A program made the translations under genes and the position numbers. Positions 30,075-39,663 of a stretch of DNA of 64,000 bases are shown one piece after another. Within the stretch, counting starts at the first letter, position 1. Every line of letters begins with the position of its first letter. Location: NCBI GenBank assembly GCA_001784175.1, contig MFPR01000004.1, positions 372,001 to 436,000 of the forward strand, in the 5' to 3' direction. This DNA is from Candidatus Lindowbacteria bacterium RIFCSPLOWO2_12_FULL_62_27 (GTDB taxonomy: Bacteria > Lindowbacteria > 2-12-FULL-62-27). The notes beneath the pieces were generated by a model that was not told the DNA's origin, did not search any database, and was given only the letters and a program-made list of their open reading frames with translations.

Positions 30075-30533
30075 ATGGTGGGAGTGGATCGGTTGGAAAC
30101 GGAAATCGCGCCTCTGGCGGAACAACATGGGCTTTCGGTGTATGACGTCGAGGTCGTCCCCTACGGTCGGGCGACGCTCCGGGTGTATGTGGAGCGCGCC
30201 GGGCAGCCGGGCGTGACCGTCGGGAATCTGGAAGCCTTCGCGAGGGTGTTGATCCCCTATTTGAATTTGAAGGCCCTGTTTCCCCGGGAGGGGCACGTGG
30301 AGGTTTCCTCGCCGGGGATGAACCGGAGGCTGCGTCGGCCGGCGCATTTTACGGCGGCGGTGGGCGAGCGGGTGGGCGTAACGGCTGTGGCCGGCGCCAC
30401 GGGCAAGACGAGCGTCACCGCGAAACTTCTGTCCGTGACGGACGAAGGCATCCATCTTGAGAGCGACGTTTTGCCGTTTGTCCCGTTTGCGGACATCGTG
30501 CGGGCCCGCCTCGACCCGGACATCCGAATCTGA
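30075..30533 (+). CDS. rimP: ribosome maturation factor RimP
   Basis: LRVYVE, EVSSPG..R.L; precedes nusA. Confidence 0.9.
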   Translation: MVGVDRLETEIAPLAEQHGLSVYDVEVVPYGRATLRVYVERAGQPGVTVGNLEAFARVLIPYLNLKALFPREGHVEVSSPGMNRRLRRPAHFTAAVGERVGVTAVAGATGKTSVTAKLLSVTDEGIHLESDVLPFVPFADIVRARLDPDIRI

Positions 30534-32185
30534 TGCCGCCGTCCACCAAGCGCAAGGCGAAACTCTCGGTCGACCAGGAAGCGCTGCTTCAGGCGATCGA
30601 CGAGATCGAAAAGGAAAAGGGGATCGACCGCGAGACCATGTTTCTGGCGGTCGAGGCCGCGCTGGTTTCGGCCTACCGCAAGAACCACGGCGTGACCTTC
30701 AACCTCGACGCGCGCGTGGACCGCAAATCCGCGGAGATCACTTTCCACCGGTTTCATATCATCGCCGAAACGGTCGAAGACCCCGAGCTTCAGATCACGC
30801 TCGAGGACGCGAAGAAACAGGCGGACGATGCGGAACTTGGCGGCAAGGTTTATTCCCCCCTGGTCTTCAACGTCGAGGAGTTCGGCCGGATCGCCGCGCA
30901 GACCGCCCGGCAGGTCCTGGTCCAGCGGATCCGCGAGGCCGAGCGCGACCTTTTGTACGAGGAGTACCGGACGCGGGAGGGAGAGGTCGTCACGGTGATT
31001 GTGCAGAAGGTGATCGGCGACAAGGTGATTCTGAATCTGGACAAGGTCGAGGCGATCATGCCGTCGAAGGAGCAGATCCCGCGGGAAATCTACAATGTGG
31101 GCGACCGGATCAAAGTATACGTGGTGCGCGTCCGGAAGGGTCTCCGGGGCCCGCTGATCATCGTGTCGCGGACGCATCCGAAACTGGTGGAGAACCTGTT
31201 CAAGATGGAGATCCCGGAGGTCTTTGACGGGCTGATCGAGATCAAGGCCATCGTGCGCGAGGCGGGGGTCCGGACCAAGATTGCGGTCAAATCGAACGAC
31301 GCGAACATCGACCCCATCGGCGCCTGCGTCGGCGTCCGCGGCAGCCGCATCCGGACCATCCTCAAGGAGGTGCCGGGCGAAAAGATCGACATCGTGCCCT
31401 GGAGCGAGGAGATATCGACCTTCGTCAAGAATGCGCTCTCGCCCGCGCAGGTCACCAAGGTCCGCCTCCAGGACGACGGCCGGACCGTCCAGGTGGTCGT
31501 ACCGGACAACCAGTTGTCGCTCGCGATCGGCAAGAAGGGCCAGAACGCGCGGCTGGCCGCGAGGCTGACGAGGATGCGGGTCGACATTTACAGCGAGACC
31601 GACTACGCGGAGATCGCGGCGAAGGCGGCGAAGGAGGCGGCGGCGAAGATATTTGTTTCGACCGCCGACCTGCAGAAGGAGCTGCAGAGGATTGCGGGTG
31701 TCGGCCAGAAGGCGTCGGAGGCGCTGACGAAAGCCGGGTTCAGCCTCCAGAAACTGTCCGAGTCCAAGCCCGAGGATCTCGTCGAGGTCGAGGGGATCGG
31801 CGAGAAGCGCGCCGTGAAGATGATCGAGGCGGCGAAGAAAGTATACGAGGAAGTCCAGGCTGAACGCCGGGAGAAGGCCGAGCAGGAAGCGGCCGGAGCG
31901 AAGGCGGAAGCGGAAGCGCCGGCCCCCGAGGCGCCGCCGGAAGAGGGGAAACCGCCGGCGCGCAAGGGCAAGACGAGGACCAAGAAAATCGAGATCGAGG
32001 AGGAGGCGGCGAAAGAGAAGGAGATCGCCGAAAAAGCGCCCCCGATGACCTTCGAGGAGGCCCTGAAACTGTTCTCGAAACGCCTGGGAGAGTCGAAAGC
32101 GGCGGAGGAGAGCGGCAAAACGGACCGGAAGAAAAAAGAAAAAGATGAGAACGATTCCGGCTCCGAGGAGGGCGACGACCGATGA
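30533..32185 (+). CDS. nusA: transcription factor NusA
   Basis: FGRIAAQTA.Q, SRTHP, REAG.RTKIAV, GACVG.RGSR, LAIGKKGQN.RLA. Confidence 0.98.
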   Translation: MPPSTKRKAKLSVDQEALLQAIDEIEKEKGIDRETMFLAVEAALVSAYRKNHGVTFNLDARVDRKSAEITFHRFHIIAETVEDPELQITLEDAKKQADDAELGGKVYSPLVFNVEEFGRIAAQTARQVLVQRIREAERDLLYEEYRTREGEVVTVIVQKVIGDKVILNLDKVEAIMPSKEQIPREIYNVGDRIKVYVVRVRKGLRGPLIIVSRTHPKLVENLFKMEIPEVFDGLIEIKAIVREAGVRTKIAVKSNDANIDPIGACVGVRGSRIRTILKEVPGEKIDIVPWSEEISTFVKNALSPAQVTKVRLQDDGRTVQVVVPDNQLSLAIGKKGQNARLAARLTRMRVDIYSETDYAEIAAKAAKEAAAKIFVSTADLQKELQRIAGVGQKASEALTKAGFSLQKLSESKPEDLVEVEGIGEKRAVKMIEAAKKVYEEVQAERREKAEQEAAGAKAEAEAPAPEAPPEEGKPPARKGKTRTKKIEIEEEAAKEKEIAEKAPPMTFEEALKLFSKRLGESKAAEESGKTDRKKKEKDENDSGSEEGDDR

Positions 32186-34437
32186 GAATTTTTGAACTTG
32201 CCCGCGAGATCGGCCGCAGCTCCAAGGAGATCATTCAGGAGGCGGCACGGCAGGGGATCACGCTCGCCAACCACATGGTCGCTGTGCCCGAGGAACTCGA
32301 ACGCAGCCTCCGGGCCGGCGTCGGGCCGGCGTCGGAGACGCCGGCACTTGAGGCGCCGGAGGCGCTGATCCGCGACGCCGGCACTTGGGGCGCCGGAGGC
32401 GCTGACCCGGCCGGCGCAAAACCGGCGGCGGCGCCTGTGACGCAGCCCGCGCCCACGCCCGTGACCAAGCCCGCGCCGGCAGTTGCGCCCCCGGTGGCTG
32501 CAACGCCCGCGCCCACGCCGAAGCCTGCGCCGAAGCCTGCGCCGACGCCCGCGCCGGCGCGTAAACCCGCGCCGCCCGCGGTCGCACCCGCGCCGGCGGC
32601 GAAGCCTGCGCCGCCCGCGGTCGCGCCCACGCCGGTCGCCAAAGCCCCCGCTCCGAAACCCGCCGTCCCGTTGAAAAAACTGGCGTTGCCCTTTCCGCTC
32701 CGCGTCGTGGATCTGTCGAAGGCGATCGACCGGCCGGCGGCGGAACTCGTGGGAAAACTCATGGGGATGGGCATGATGGTGTCCGCCAACGCCCCGCTCG
32801 ACCGGGACGCGGCCTTGCTCCTCTCAAACGAATACGGATATGAATTGGAACTCAAAGAGGAGGAAGCCGAGATTCCCGTCAGCCCCGTCGAGGAGACCGA
32901 GAAGGAGGATCCGAAGAATCTTCTGCCCCGGCCCCCCGTCGTCGTCGTGATGGGGCACGTCGACCACGGCAAAACGTCCATCCTCGACACGATCCGGCAC
33001 ACTCAGGTCGCCAAGGGCGAATTCGGCGGGATCACCCAGCACATCGGTGCGTACCGCGTGAAACTTCCGAACGGAAAATACATAGCGTTCCTCGACACGC
33101 CCGGCCACGAAGCCTTCACGGCCATGCGCGCGCGCGGCGGAAACGTTGCGGACATCGCGGTCCTGGTCGTCGCGGCCGAGGACGGGGTCATGCCGCAGAC
33201 GGTCGAGGCGATCAGCCACGCCCGGGCGGCGAAATTGCCGATCATCGTCGCCATGAACAAAATCGACAAACCCGAGGCCGACCGCCAGCGCGTCCTGAAG
33301 GGCCTGTCGGATCACGGGCTCAACCCGGAGGCCTGGGGCGGCGACACGGTGGTGGTGGAGGTTTCGGCGGTGAAAAAAACCGGAATCGACACGCTTCTCG
33401 ATATGATCGACCTTCAATCCGAAATGCTCAGTCTTAAGGCCAACCCGGACCGGCCCGCGACCGGAACGGTGATCGAATCGAAGCTGGAACGGGGACGCGG
33501 GCCGACCGCCACGGTCCTCGTGCAGAAGGGGACGCTGCGCGTGGGCGACATCTTCGTCTGCGGGTCGACCGCCGGCAAGGTCAAGGCGTTGATCGACGAA
33601 AACGGCAAGCGGATGGACCAGGCAGGTCCGTCCACGCCCTCGGAGGTTCTGGGATTTCAGGAAGCGCCCCAGGCCGGCGATCGTTTCAACGTGGTGGCGG
33701 ACGAGAAGACGGCCAAGGACATCGCCGAAGGCCGCGGATCGAGACGGAAAGACATGGCGCGCCGAAAGGCCGACGGGCCCCTGACGCTCGAGGCGATGAC
33801 GGAAAATTTGCGGGAGGGCGAAAAAACCGTTCTGCCACTCCTCCTCAAGACCGATGTGCAGGGCTCCCTCGAAGCGATCCGGGACGCGCTGGAGCGTCTT
33901 CGGAACGACGAGGTGCCGATCCAGGTCCTCCACGCGGCCCTGGGCGGGATCACGGAGAGCGACGTCCTTTTGGCCGCGGCCTCCGGCGCGACCGTCCTCG
34001 GCTTCAACGTCCGGCCGGACGAACGCGCCACCGCAACGGCCGATCGGGAAGAGGTGGATGTCCGGACGTATCGGATCATCTACGATCTTCTGGACGACGT
34101 CAAAAAAGCGGTGACCGGCCGGATGGCGCCCAAGACCGAGGAGCGGGTCATCGGCATGGCCGAGGTACGCAACGTATTCAAGATATCTCGGTTCGGCACC
34201 GTCGCCGGCTGTTTCGTCAAGGAGGGCAAGGTGGAGCGACGCGGGAAGATCCGGGTGGTGCGGGACGGCGCGATCGTGTACGAGGGGAAGATCGGCTCGC
34301 TCAAGCGGTTCAAGGACGATGTGCGGGAAGTCGAGAAGGGCTACGAGTGCGGGATCCTGATCGAAAACTACAACGACGTCAAAGTGGGCGACATACTAGA
34401 AATCATTCTGATTGAGGAGATGGCCCCGACCCTGTAG
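32182..34437 (+). CDS. infB: translation initiation factor IF-2
   Basis: [31 protein letters not shown]. Confidence 0.98.
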   Translation: MRIFELAREIGRSSKEIIQEAARQGITLANHMVAVPEELERSLRAGVGPASETPALEAPEALIRDAGTWGAGGADPAGAKPAAAPVTQPAPTPVTKPAPAVAPPVAATPAPTPKPAPKPAPTPAPARKPAPPAVAPAPAAKPAPPAVAPTPVAKAPAPKPAVPLKKLALPFPLRVVDLSKAIDRPAAELVGKLMGMGMMVSANAPLDRDAALLLSNEYGYELELKEEEAEIPVSPVEETEKEDPKNLLPRPPVVVVMGHVDHGKTSILDTIRHTQVAKGEFGGITQHIGAYRVKLPNGKYIAFLDTPGHEAFTAMRARGGNVADIAVLVVAAEDGVMPQTVEAISHARAAKLPIIVAMNKIDKPEADRQRVLKGLSDHGLNPEAWGGDTVVVEVSAVKKTGIDTLLDMIDLQSEMLSLKANPDRPATGTVIESKLERGRGPTATVLVQKGTLRVGDIFVCGSTAGKVKALIDENGKRMDQAGPSTPSEVLGFQEAPQAGDRFNVVADEKTAKDIAEGRGSRRKDMARRKADGPLTLEAMTENLREGEKTVLPLLLKTDVQGSLEAIRDALERLRNDEVPIQVLHAALGGITESDVLLAAASGATVLGFNVRPDERATATADREEVDVRTYRIIYDLLDDVKKAVTGRMAPKTEERVIGMAEVRNVFKISRFGTVAGCFVKEGKVERRGKIRVVRDGAIVYEGKIGSLKRFKDDVREVEKGYECGILIENYNDVKVGDILEIILIEEMAPTL
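32311..32414. repeat. tandem (one near-full plus one partial) copies of the 53-bp intragenic repeat in infB
   Basis: GGCCGGCGTCGGAGACGCCGGCACTTGAGGCGCCGGAGGCGCTGATCCG followed by GACGCCGGCACTTGGGGCGCCGGAGGCGCTGACCCGGCCGG. Confidence 0.9.
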
Positions 34438-34450
34438 GGGCGGTCCAGCC

Positions 34451-34747
34451 GTGGCCTCGGGCCGACTCATGGGATTCCGCCTCAGATTCCAGTTCCCGGA
34501 CTGCCGGACCCTGAAGGATCGCCGGAGCCGGGTGGCAAGCCTGATCCAGTACGCGAAGGCGCGGCACGGATTTTCCGCCGCCGATTTCAGCGAGCCGCTC
34601 CAGCCGGATTATGCGGAAGTCGGGTTCGCCGCGGTCGGCCGGACCGTCGAGGAGATTCGCGGCCGGCTGGACCGCGTGATCGGCGCGGCGGAGAACAAAG
34701 GCGAAACGCATCTTCTGGGCGTCGAGGAATTCGCGCTGGAGGACTGA
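34451..34747 (+). CDS. DUF503 (YlxP-like) protein
   Basis: TLKDRRS.V.SL; conserved position between infB and rbfA. Confidence 0.7.
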   Translation: MASGRLMGFRLRFQFPDCRTLKDRRSRVASLIQYAKARHGFSAADFSEPLQPDYAEVGFAAVGRTVEEIRGRLDRVIGAAENKGETHLLGVEEFALED

Positions 34748-34748
34748 C

Positions 34749-35114
34749 ATGCGATCGAAAGAAACGCGGATCGAACGGATGAACAAACAGCTCATGCGGG
34801 ATTTCTCCGACATCATCCGCACCGAACTCAAACTGCCGGAGTCGTTCAAGCTCCTCTCGGTCACCCGCGTGACCATGGCGCCGGACCAGTCCATGGCCAG
34901 GGTGTACGTGAGCCACCTGAAGGAGGGCGAAACGGCCCCGGCCGTGACCGCGCTCAATGCGAGGGCCTACGAAATCCGCGAATGCCTCATGCCGCGCCTC
35001 GCCTGGCGCAAGATCCCCACGGTGTCCTTTCACGAGGACGATTCTCTCAAACACGGATTCGAACTCATCCGGAAAATCGAGAGCCTCACCCGGCCCCCGG
35101 AGGCTGGCCCGTGA
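34749..35114 (+). CDS. rbfA: ribosome-binding factor A
   Basis: SVTRV...PD.S.ARVYVS, P..SF..D.S. Confidence 0.93.
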   Translation: MRSKETRIERMNKQLMRDFSDIIRTELKLPESFKLLSVTRVTMAPDQSMARVYVSHLKEGETAPAVTALNARAYEIRECLMPRLAWRKIPTVSFHEDDSLKHGFELIRKIESLTRPPEAGP

Positions 35115-35980
35115 GACCCTTTGGGATTCTGCCGATCCACAAACCGGCCGGATGGACTTCCCACGACGTCGTGGCCTTTGTCCGCAAGCGCTACAAATAC
35201 CCGAAAGTCGGCCACTCCGGAACCATCGACCCCTTCGGGACCGGCCTCTTGCTCCTCTGCGTCGGGCCCGCCACCAAACTCGCGCCGCATCTCGCCGATC
35301 TCTCCAAACGATACCGGGTCACGGTCCGGCTGGGCGTGACGACCGACACCTATGACATGACCGGCAAGGCCGTAAGCACGGCGGAGGTCCCGCCGGAGGT
35401 CGCGGACCGCATCGGGCCGACGATCATGAAATTCGTGGGCGAACACGACCAGGTGCCGCCGATGTATTCGGCGATCAAGATCAAGGGCAAGCCGATGTAC
35501 GAGCTGGCCCGGCAGGGCATCACAGTGACCCTGCCGCCGCGCCGGATCAAGATTTACGAGATCGTGATGGGCGAGATCAAACTTCCCCGCTTTTCCTTCG
35601 AAGTCCAGTGCGGCCCCGGCATGTATGTCCGCAGCCTCGCGCACGACGTCGGCCAGAATCTGGGATGCGGCGCAGCAGTGGAGGATTTGGCGAGGATCCG
35701 GATCGGAGATCTCACCCTGGACCGCGCCGTCGATCCAAAACAGCTTCCGGCCCAGCCCGTGATGCTGTCGCCCGACCAGCTCCTCACGGCGTGGCCCAAG
35801 GTCCGCCTGGGGGAACTCGAGGCGGGATTCGTGGCCGGCCATCCGATTTCTCTTTCCGTGTTGTTCGATCGGCCCGCGCTCGACACCGGCCAACTGGTGT
35901 TCGCCGTCGGCCGAAACGGGCTCTGCGGCTTCGGGGAAGTCAAGGGCGGCAAGATCCATCCGAAAGGCGCGTTTGTCTAA
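35111..35980 (+). CDS. truB: tRNA pseudouridine(55) synthase
   Basis: KP.GWTSHDVV, KVGHSGT.DP, PPMYSAIK..G. Confidence 0.95.
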   Translation: MRPFGILPIHKPAGWTSHDVVAFVRKRYKYPKVGHSGTIDPFGTGLLLLCVGPATKLAPHLADLSKRYRVTVRLGVTTDTYDMTGKAVSTAEVPPEVADRIGPTIMKFVGEHDQVPPMYSAIKIKGKPMYELARQGITVTLPPRRIKIYEIVMGEIKLPRFSFEVQCGPGMYVRSLAHDVGQNLGCGAAVEDLARIRIGDLTLDRAVDPKQLPAQPVMLSPDQLLTAWPKVRLGELEAGFVAGHPISLSVLFDRPALDTGQLVFAVGRNGLCGFGEVKGGKIHPKGAFV

Positions 35981-36884
35981 GCAGGCGTATGTGATGGCCA
36001 TCGGCATATTCGACGGCGTCCACCGGGGCCATCAGGCGATATTGCGCACGGCGCAAAAAGAGGCGCGGCGGCTCCGCGCGGCGCCGGCGGCGCTGACGTT
36101 CCCGGCCCATCCCAGCCGCGTGTTGAATCCCGGCCGGCCGGTGCCGCTGTTGCAGTCGTTCGAGCAGCGGTGTGACTGGATCCGCCGGTATGGGATCAAT
36201 TGGATTTTCCCCTTGCATTTTACGAAAAGTCTGTCTAAATTGACTCCCGCCGAGTTTGTGGATCGGCTGCTCTTTCGAAAGTGGAACCTCCGGGGCGTGG
36301 TGGTCGGCCGGGATTTCCGGTTTGGCCATCGCCGGGCCGGAACCGTTCGGACGCTGCGCGATCTCCTCGCGCGGCGAGACGCACAAGTCTTTTCGGTCGA
36401 TCCGGTCCGGTGCGGGGGCGGGGTGGCGCAGAGCACCGCCGTTCGCCGGCTTCTCCAGGCGGGCCGCCTTCCGGATGCGGTCCGCATGTTGGGCCATCCG
36501 TTCGAGCTGGCCGGCAGGGTCGTAAAAGGCGCCGGCATGGGACGCCGGCTCGGCGCGCGGACGATCAATCTGCGGCTCGAGAGCAATCTCATGCCGCGGC
36601 ATGGCGTTTACGCCGGGTGGCTCCGGCCGGCGCGTGGTTCCAAGCGGCCCATAGTGATGAACCTTGGCGTGGCGCCGACCGTTCACAGGGGCCGGGGTGT
36701 TCGATTGGAAACCCATGTTCTGGATGGGCGGCCGGTCGGGTTCAGGCCGGGGATCCGCCTGACGGTGGAAGTGGCCCGGTTTCTTCGGCCGGAACGGAAA
36801 TTTTCGTCGCTGGCGGCGCTCAGGCGCGCGATTCAGCGGGACATTCGGCGGGCGAAAAAAGAAATGAGGAATAAAAGAGACTAA
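35973..36884 (+). CDS. ribF: bifunctional riboflavin kinase/FAD synthetase
   Basis: IG.FDGVH.GHQ, VG.DF.FG, G.G..LG..T.N, ETH.LD. Confidence 0.95.
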   Translation: MSKQAYVMAIGIFDGVHRGHQAILRTAQKEARRLRAAPAALTFPAHPSRVLNPGRPVPLLQSFEQRCDWIRRYGINWIFPLHFTKSLSKLTPAEFVDRLLFRKWNLRGVVVGRDFRFGHRRAGTVRTLRDLLARRDAQVFSVDPVRCGGGVAQSTAVRRLLQAGRLPDAVRMLGHPFELAGRVVKGAGMGRRLGARTINLRLESNLMPRHGVYAGWLRPARGSKRPIVMNLGVAPTVHRGRGVRLETHVLDGRPVGFRPGIRLTVEVARFLRPERKFSSLAALRRAIQRDIRRAKKEMRNKRD

Positions 36885-37148
36885 ATGGAAAAGAAAGCAA
36901 AAGAGAAAGTGATCGGAGACTACAGGGTGCATGACACGGACACCGGGTCCGCGGATGTGCAGGTGGCGCTCCTCACGGAGCGGATCAAATCGCTCACGGA
37001 GCATCTCCAGGCACATCCGAAGGACCACAGCTCGCGCCGCGGCCTTTTGCGGATGGTCGGCCGGCGCCGCCAGCTTCTGAGCCACCTCAGAAACAGCGAG
37101 CTGGGCCGGTATCGAAACGTCGTCAAGCGCCTGGGTCTTCGGAAATAA
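36885..37148 (+). CDS. rpsO: 30S ribosomal protein S15
   Basis: [28 protein letters not shown]. Confidence 0.98.
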   Translation: MEKKAKEKVIGDYRVHDTDTGSADVQVALLTERIKSLTEHLQAHPKDHSSRRGLLRMVGRRRQLLSHLRNSELGRYRNVVKRLGLRK

Positions 37149-37361
37149 GTTCGAGTCTCCTGTCTCTGCGAGACAGGCCAATTTCGGGGGAGAGTGGGAA
37201 CCGGAAAGAGATTGCCGTATTTTAGGCAAGCGGCCATGTGAAGTGTCAATTGTAGATTGCGGACCATCCGGCCGGGTGATCCGCAATCAACAGTTGACGC
37301 CACGTTCGCGTTCCCTTAAAGGTTTCCACTCTCCACCTTGATCAATGGAAAGGAACCACCC

Positions 37362-39656
37362 ATGAAAGAAGTATCACTTGAAATCGGAGGGCGCACGCTG
37401 ACCCTCACCCAGGGCCTCGTCGCCAAACAGGCCAACGGCTCCGTCCTGGTCCGCTACGCCGACAGCCTCATTCTCTCCTGCGCGTGCGCGGAACCAAAAC
37501 CGGAGGAGGGCAAGGATTTTCTGCCGCTCACCGTGGAATACCGCGAGAAGACCTACTCCGCCGGAATGATTCCGGGCGGATTCATCAAGCGCGAGGGCCG
37601 GCCGTCGGACCGCGAGACGCTGGTGTGCCGGCTGACCGATCGGCCGCTGCGGCCGCTGTTTCCGGAAGGATATTTCAACGACGTCCAGATCGCGACCTAC
37701 GCCATTTCGACCGATTTGAGTTCTCCGCCGGACGTCATGTCCATCATCGGCGCCTCGACTGCGCTTTTGGTGTCCGACATTCCCTTTACGACCGCCGTCG
37801 GCGCCGTACGGGTGGCGCGGCTGAACGGGCAGTACAAGATCAATCCCTCGACCGAGGAGATCGATGCGGCCGAGCTGGAGCTGGTCGTGGCCGGGACCCG
37901 GACCGACATCGCGATGGTGGAGGGCGCCGCGCGGCAGGTTTCCGAGGACGTGGTGCTGGAGGGGCTGAAACTGGCGCAGGCCGAGATCGCGAAAATTTGC
38001 GAGGCCCAGGAGACTCTGCGGCGGGCCGTGGGCAAACCAAAGGCTGCAGTGATTTCGCCGGCCAAGACCGCCGGACTGTCGGCGCTCGTGGAGGAATCGG
38101 CCGCGGCGCGCCTGTCGAAGGCGCTCGTAATCCCGACGAAACTCGAGCGGTACGCCGAGGTCAACAAAATCGAGGATGAGACGCTGGCCGCCGCCGCCGG
38201 AAAACTCGGCGTGGAACGGGAAGCCATCGAGCTGGAGGCCAAGGGTATTCTCGAAGACATCAAGAGCCGCATTGTCCGCGCGAATATTCTGGAGCGCAAA
38301 CAGCGCAACGACGGCCGCGGGCTCGACGACGTCCGGCCGATCGACATCAAGCTCGGGTTTCTGCCGCGCGCCCACGGCTCGGCCCTCTTCACGCGGGGCG
38401 AGACCCAGGCCCTCGCCGTCGTGACGCTCGGCACGGCCGACGACGAGCAGCGGATGGACGACGTCTACGGCGAGCGGTCGAAACGGTTCTATCTCCATTA
38501 TTATTTTCCGCCCTTTTCCGTCGGCGAAACCGGCCGGTACGGCGGGCAGGGCCGGCGCGAGATCGGGCACGGCATGCTGGCCGAGAAATCGCTGCGGTCG
38601 TTGCTTCCGACCGAAATCGATTTCCCCTACGCCGTGCGGCTTGTGTCAGACATTCTGGAGTCGAACGGCTCCTCGTCCATGGCCTCGGTCTGCGGCGGGT
38701 CGCTGGCGCTCATGGACGCCGGCGTGCCGGTGCCGGCCCACGTCGCGGGCGTCGCGATGGGCCTCGTGAAAGAGGGAGACCGGGTGGCCATCCTGACCGA
38801 CATCCTCGGCGACGAGGACCATCTGGGCGACATGGACTTCAAGGTCGCCGGGACGCGGCAGGGCGTGACGGCCATTCAGATGGACATCAAAATCGGCGGG
38901 ATTTCCGTCGACCTCATGCGGATGGCCCTCGAGAAGGCGAACCGCGCGCGGTTGCACATTCTGGAAAAAATGGAAGCCGCCATCTCCAAGGCCCGGCCGG
39001 ACATTTCGCCCTACGCGCCCCGCGTGTTCATGATGACCGTGCCGAAGGACAAGATCGGCGACATCATCGGGCCCGGCGGCAAGAACATCCGGGCCATCAT
39101 CGAGGAGACCGGCGTCAAGATCGACATCGAGGACGACGGCACCGTGCGGATTTATTCCGAAGACGAAAAAAGCGCGTCGGCTGCAAAGGAACGCGTCCAC
39201 ATGATGATCGCGGAACCGGAACTCGGCCGCGTTTACCAGGGGAAGGTCGTCCGCGTGGTGGAATTCGGCGCGTTTTGCGAACTCATGCCGGGCCACGAGG
39301 GACTCTGCCACATCTCCGAACTTCAGGAGGCCCGCACGGAACGGGTGGAGGACGTCCTGAAGGAAGGCGACATCACGCCCGTCAAGCTGATCGAAATCGA
39401 CCATCTCGGCCGATTGCGCCTCTCGCGCGTGGCCGCGATCCGCGAAATCGAGGGCAAGCCGCCGTTGCCGACAAGACCTCGCGGCGGCGATCGCGGAGAC
39501 CGCGATGGCGACCGGGGACGCCGGCCGGACCGCGGCGACAGGCCTCGCTTCGACCGCGGCCGGTCTGACCGCCCGGACCGCCGTAGCGACCGCCCACGTG
39601 AGGGATACCAGGGCGGCCGGCCGGGAGGCCCGACCCCCGTGAACACGGGAGCCTGA
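37362..39656 (+). CDS. pnp: polyribonucleotide nucleotidyltransferase
   Basis: RAHGSALFTRGETQ, RREIGHG, ESNGSSSMASVC, GDMDFKVAG, KH and S1 domains. Confidence 0.98.
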   Translation: MKEVSLEIGGRTLTLTQGLVAKQANGSVLVRYADSLILSCACAEPKPEEGKDFLPLTVEYREKTYSAGMIPGGFIKREGRPSDRETLVCRLTDRPLRPLFPEGYFNDVQIATYAISTDLSSPPDVMSIIGASTALLVSDIPFTTAVGAVRVARLNGQYKINPSTEEIDAAELELVVAGTRTDIAMVEGAARQVSEDVVLEGLKLAQAEIAKICEAQETLRRAVGKPKAAVISPAKTAGLSALVEESAAARLSKALVIPTKLERYAEVNKIEDETLAAAAGKLGVEREAIELEAKGILEDIKSRIVRANILERKQRNDGRGLDDVRPIDIKLGFLPRAHGSALFTRGETQALAVVTLGTADDEQRMDDVYGERSKRFYLHYYFPPFSVGETGRYGGQGRREIGHGMLAEKSLRSLLPTEIDFPYAVRLVSDILESNGSSSMASVCGGSLALMDAGVPVPAHVAGVAMGLVKEGDRVAILTDILGDEDHLGDMDFKVAGTRQGVTAIQMDIKIGGISVDLMRMALEKANRARLHILEKMEAAISKARPDISPYAPRVFMMTVPKDKIGDIIGPGGKNIRAIIEETGVKIDIEDDGTVRIYSEDEKSASAAKERVHMMIAEPELGRVYQGKVVRVVEFGAFCELMPGHEGLCHISELQEARTERVEDVLKEGDITPVKLIEIDHLGRLRLSRVAAIREIEGKPPLPTRPRGGDRGDRDGDRGRRPDRGDRPRFDRGRSDRPDRRSDRPREGYQGGRPGGPTPVNTGA

Positions 39657-39663
39657 TCGGTTT

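Noticed and set aside
32420-32670. Pro/Ala/Lys-rich repeats in infB
   Set aside because: Ordinary low-complexity IF-2 linker, distinct from the 53-bp element.
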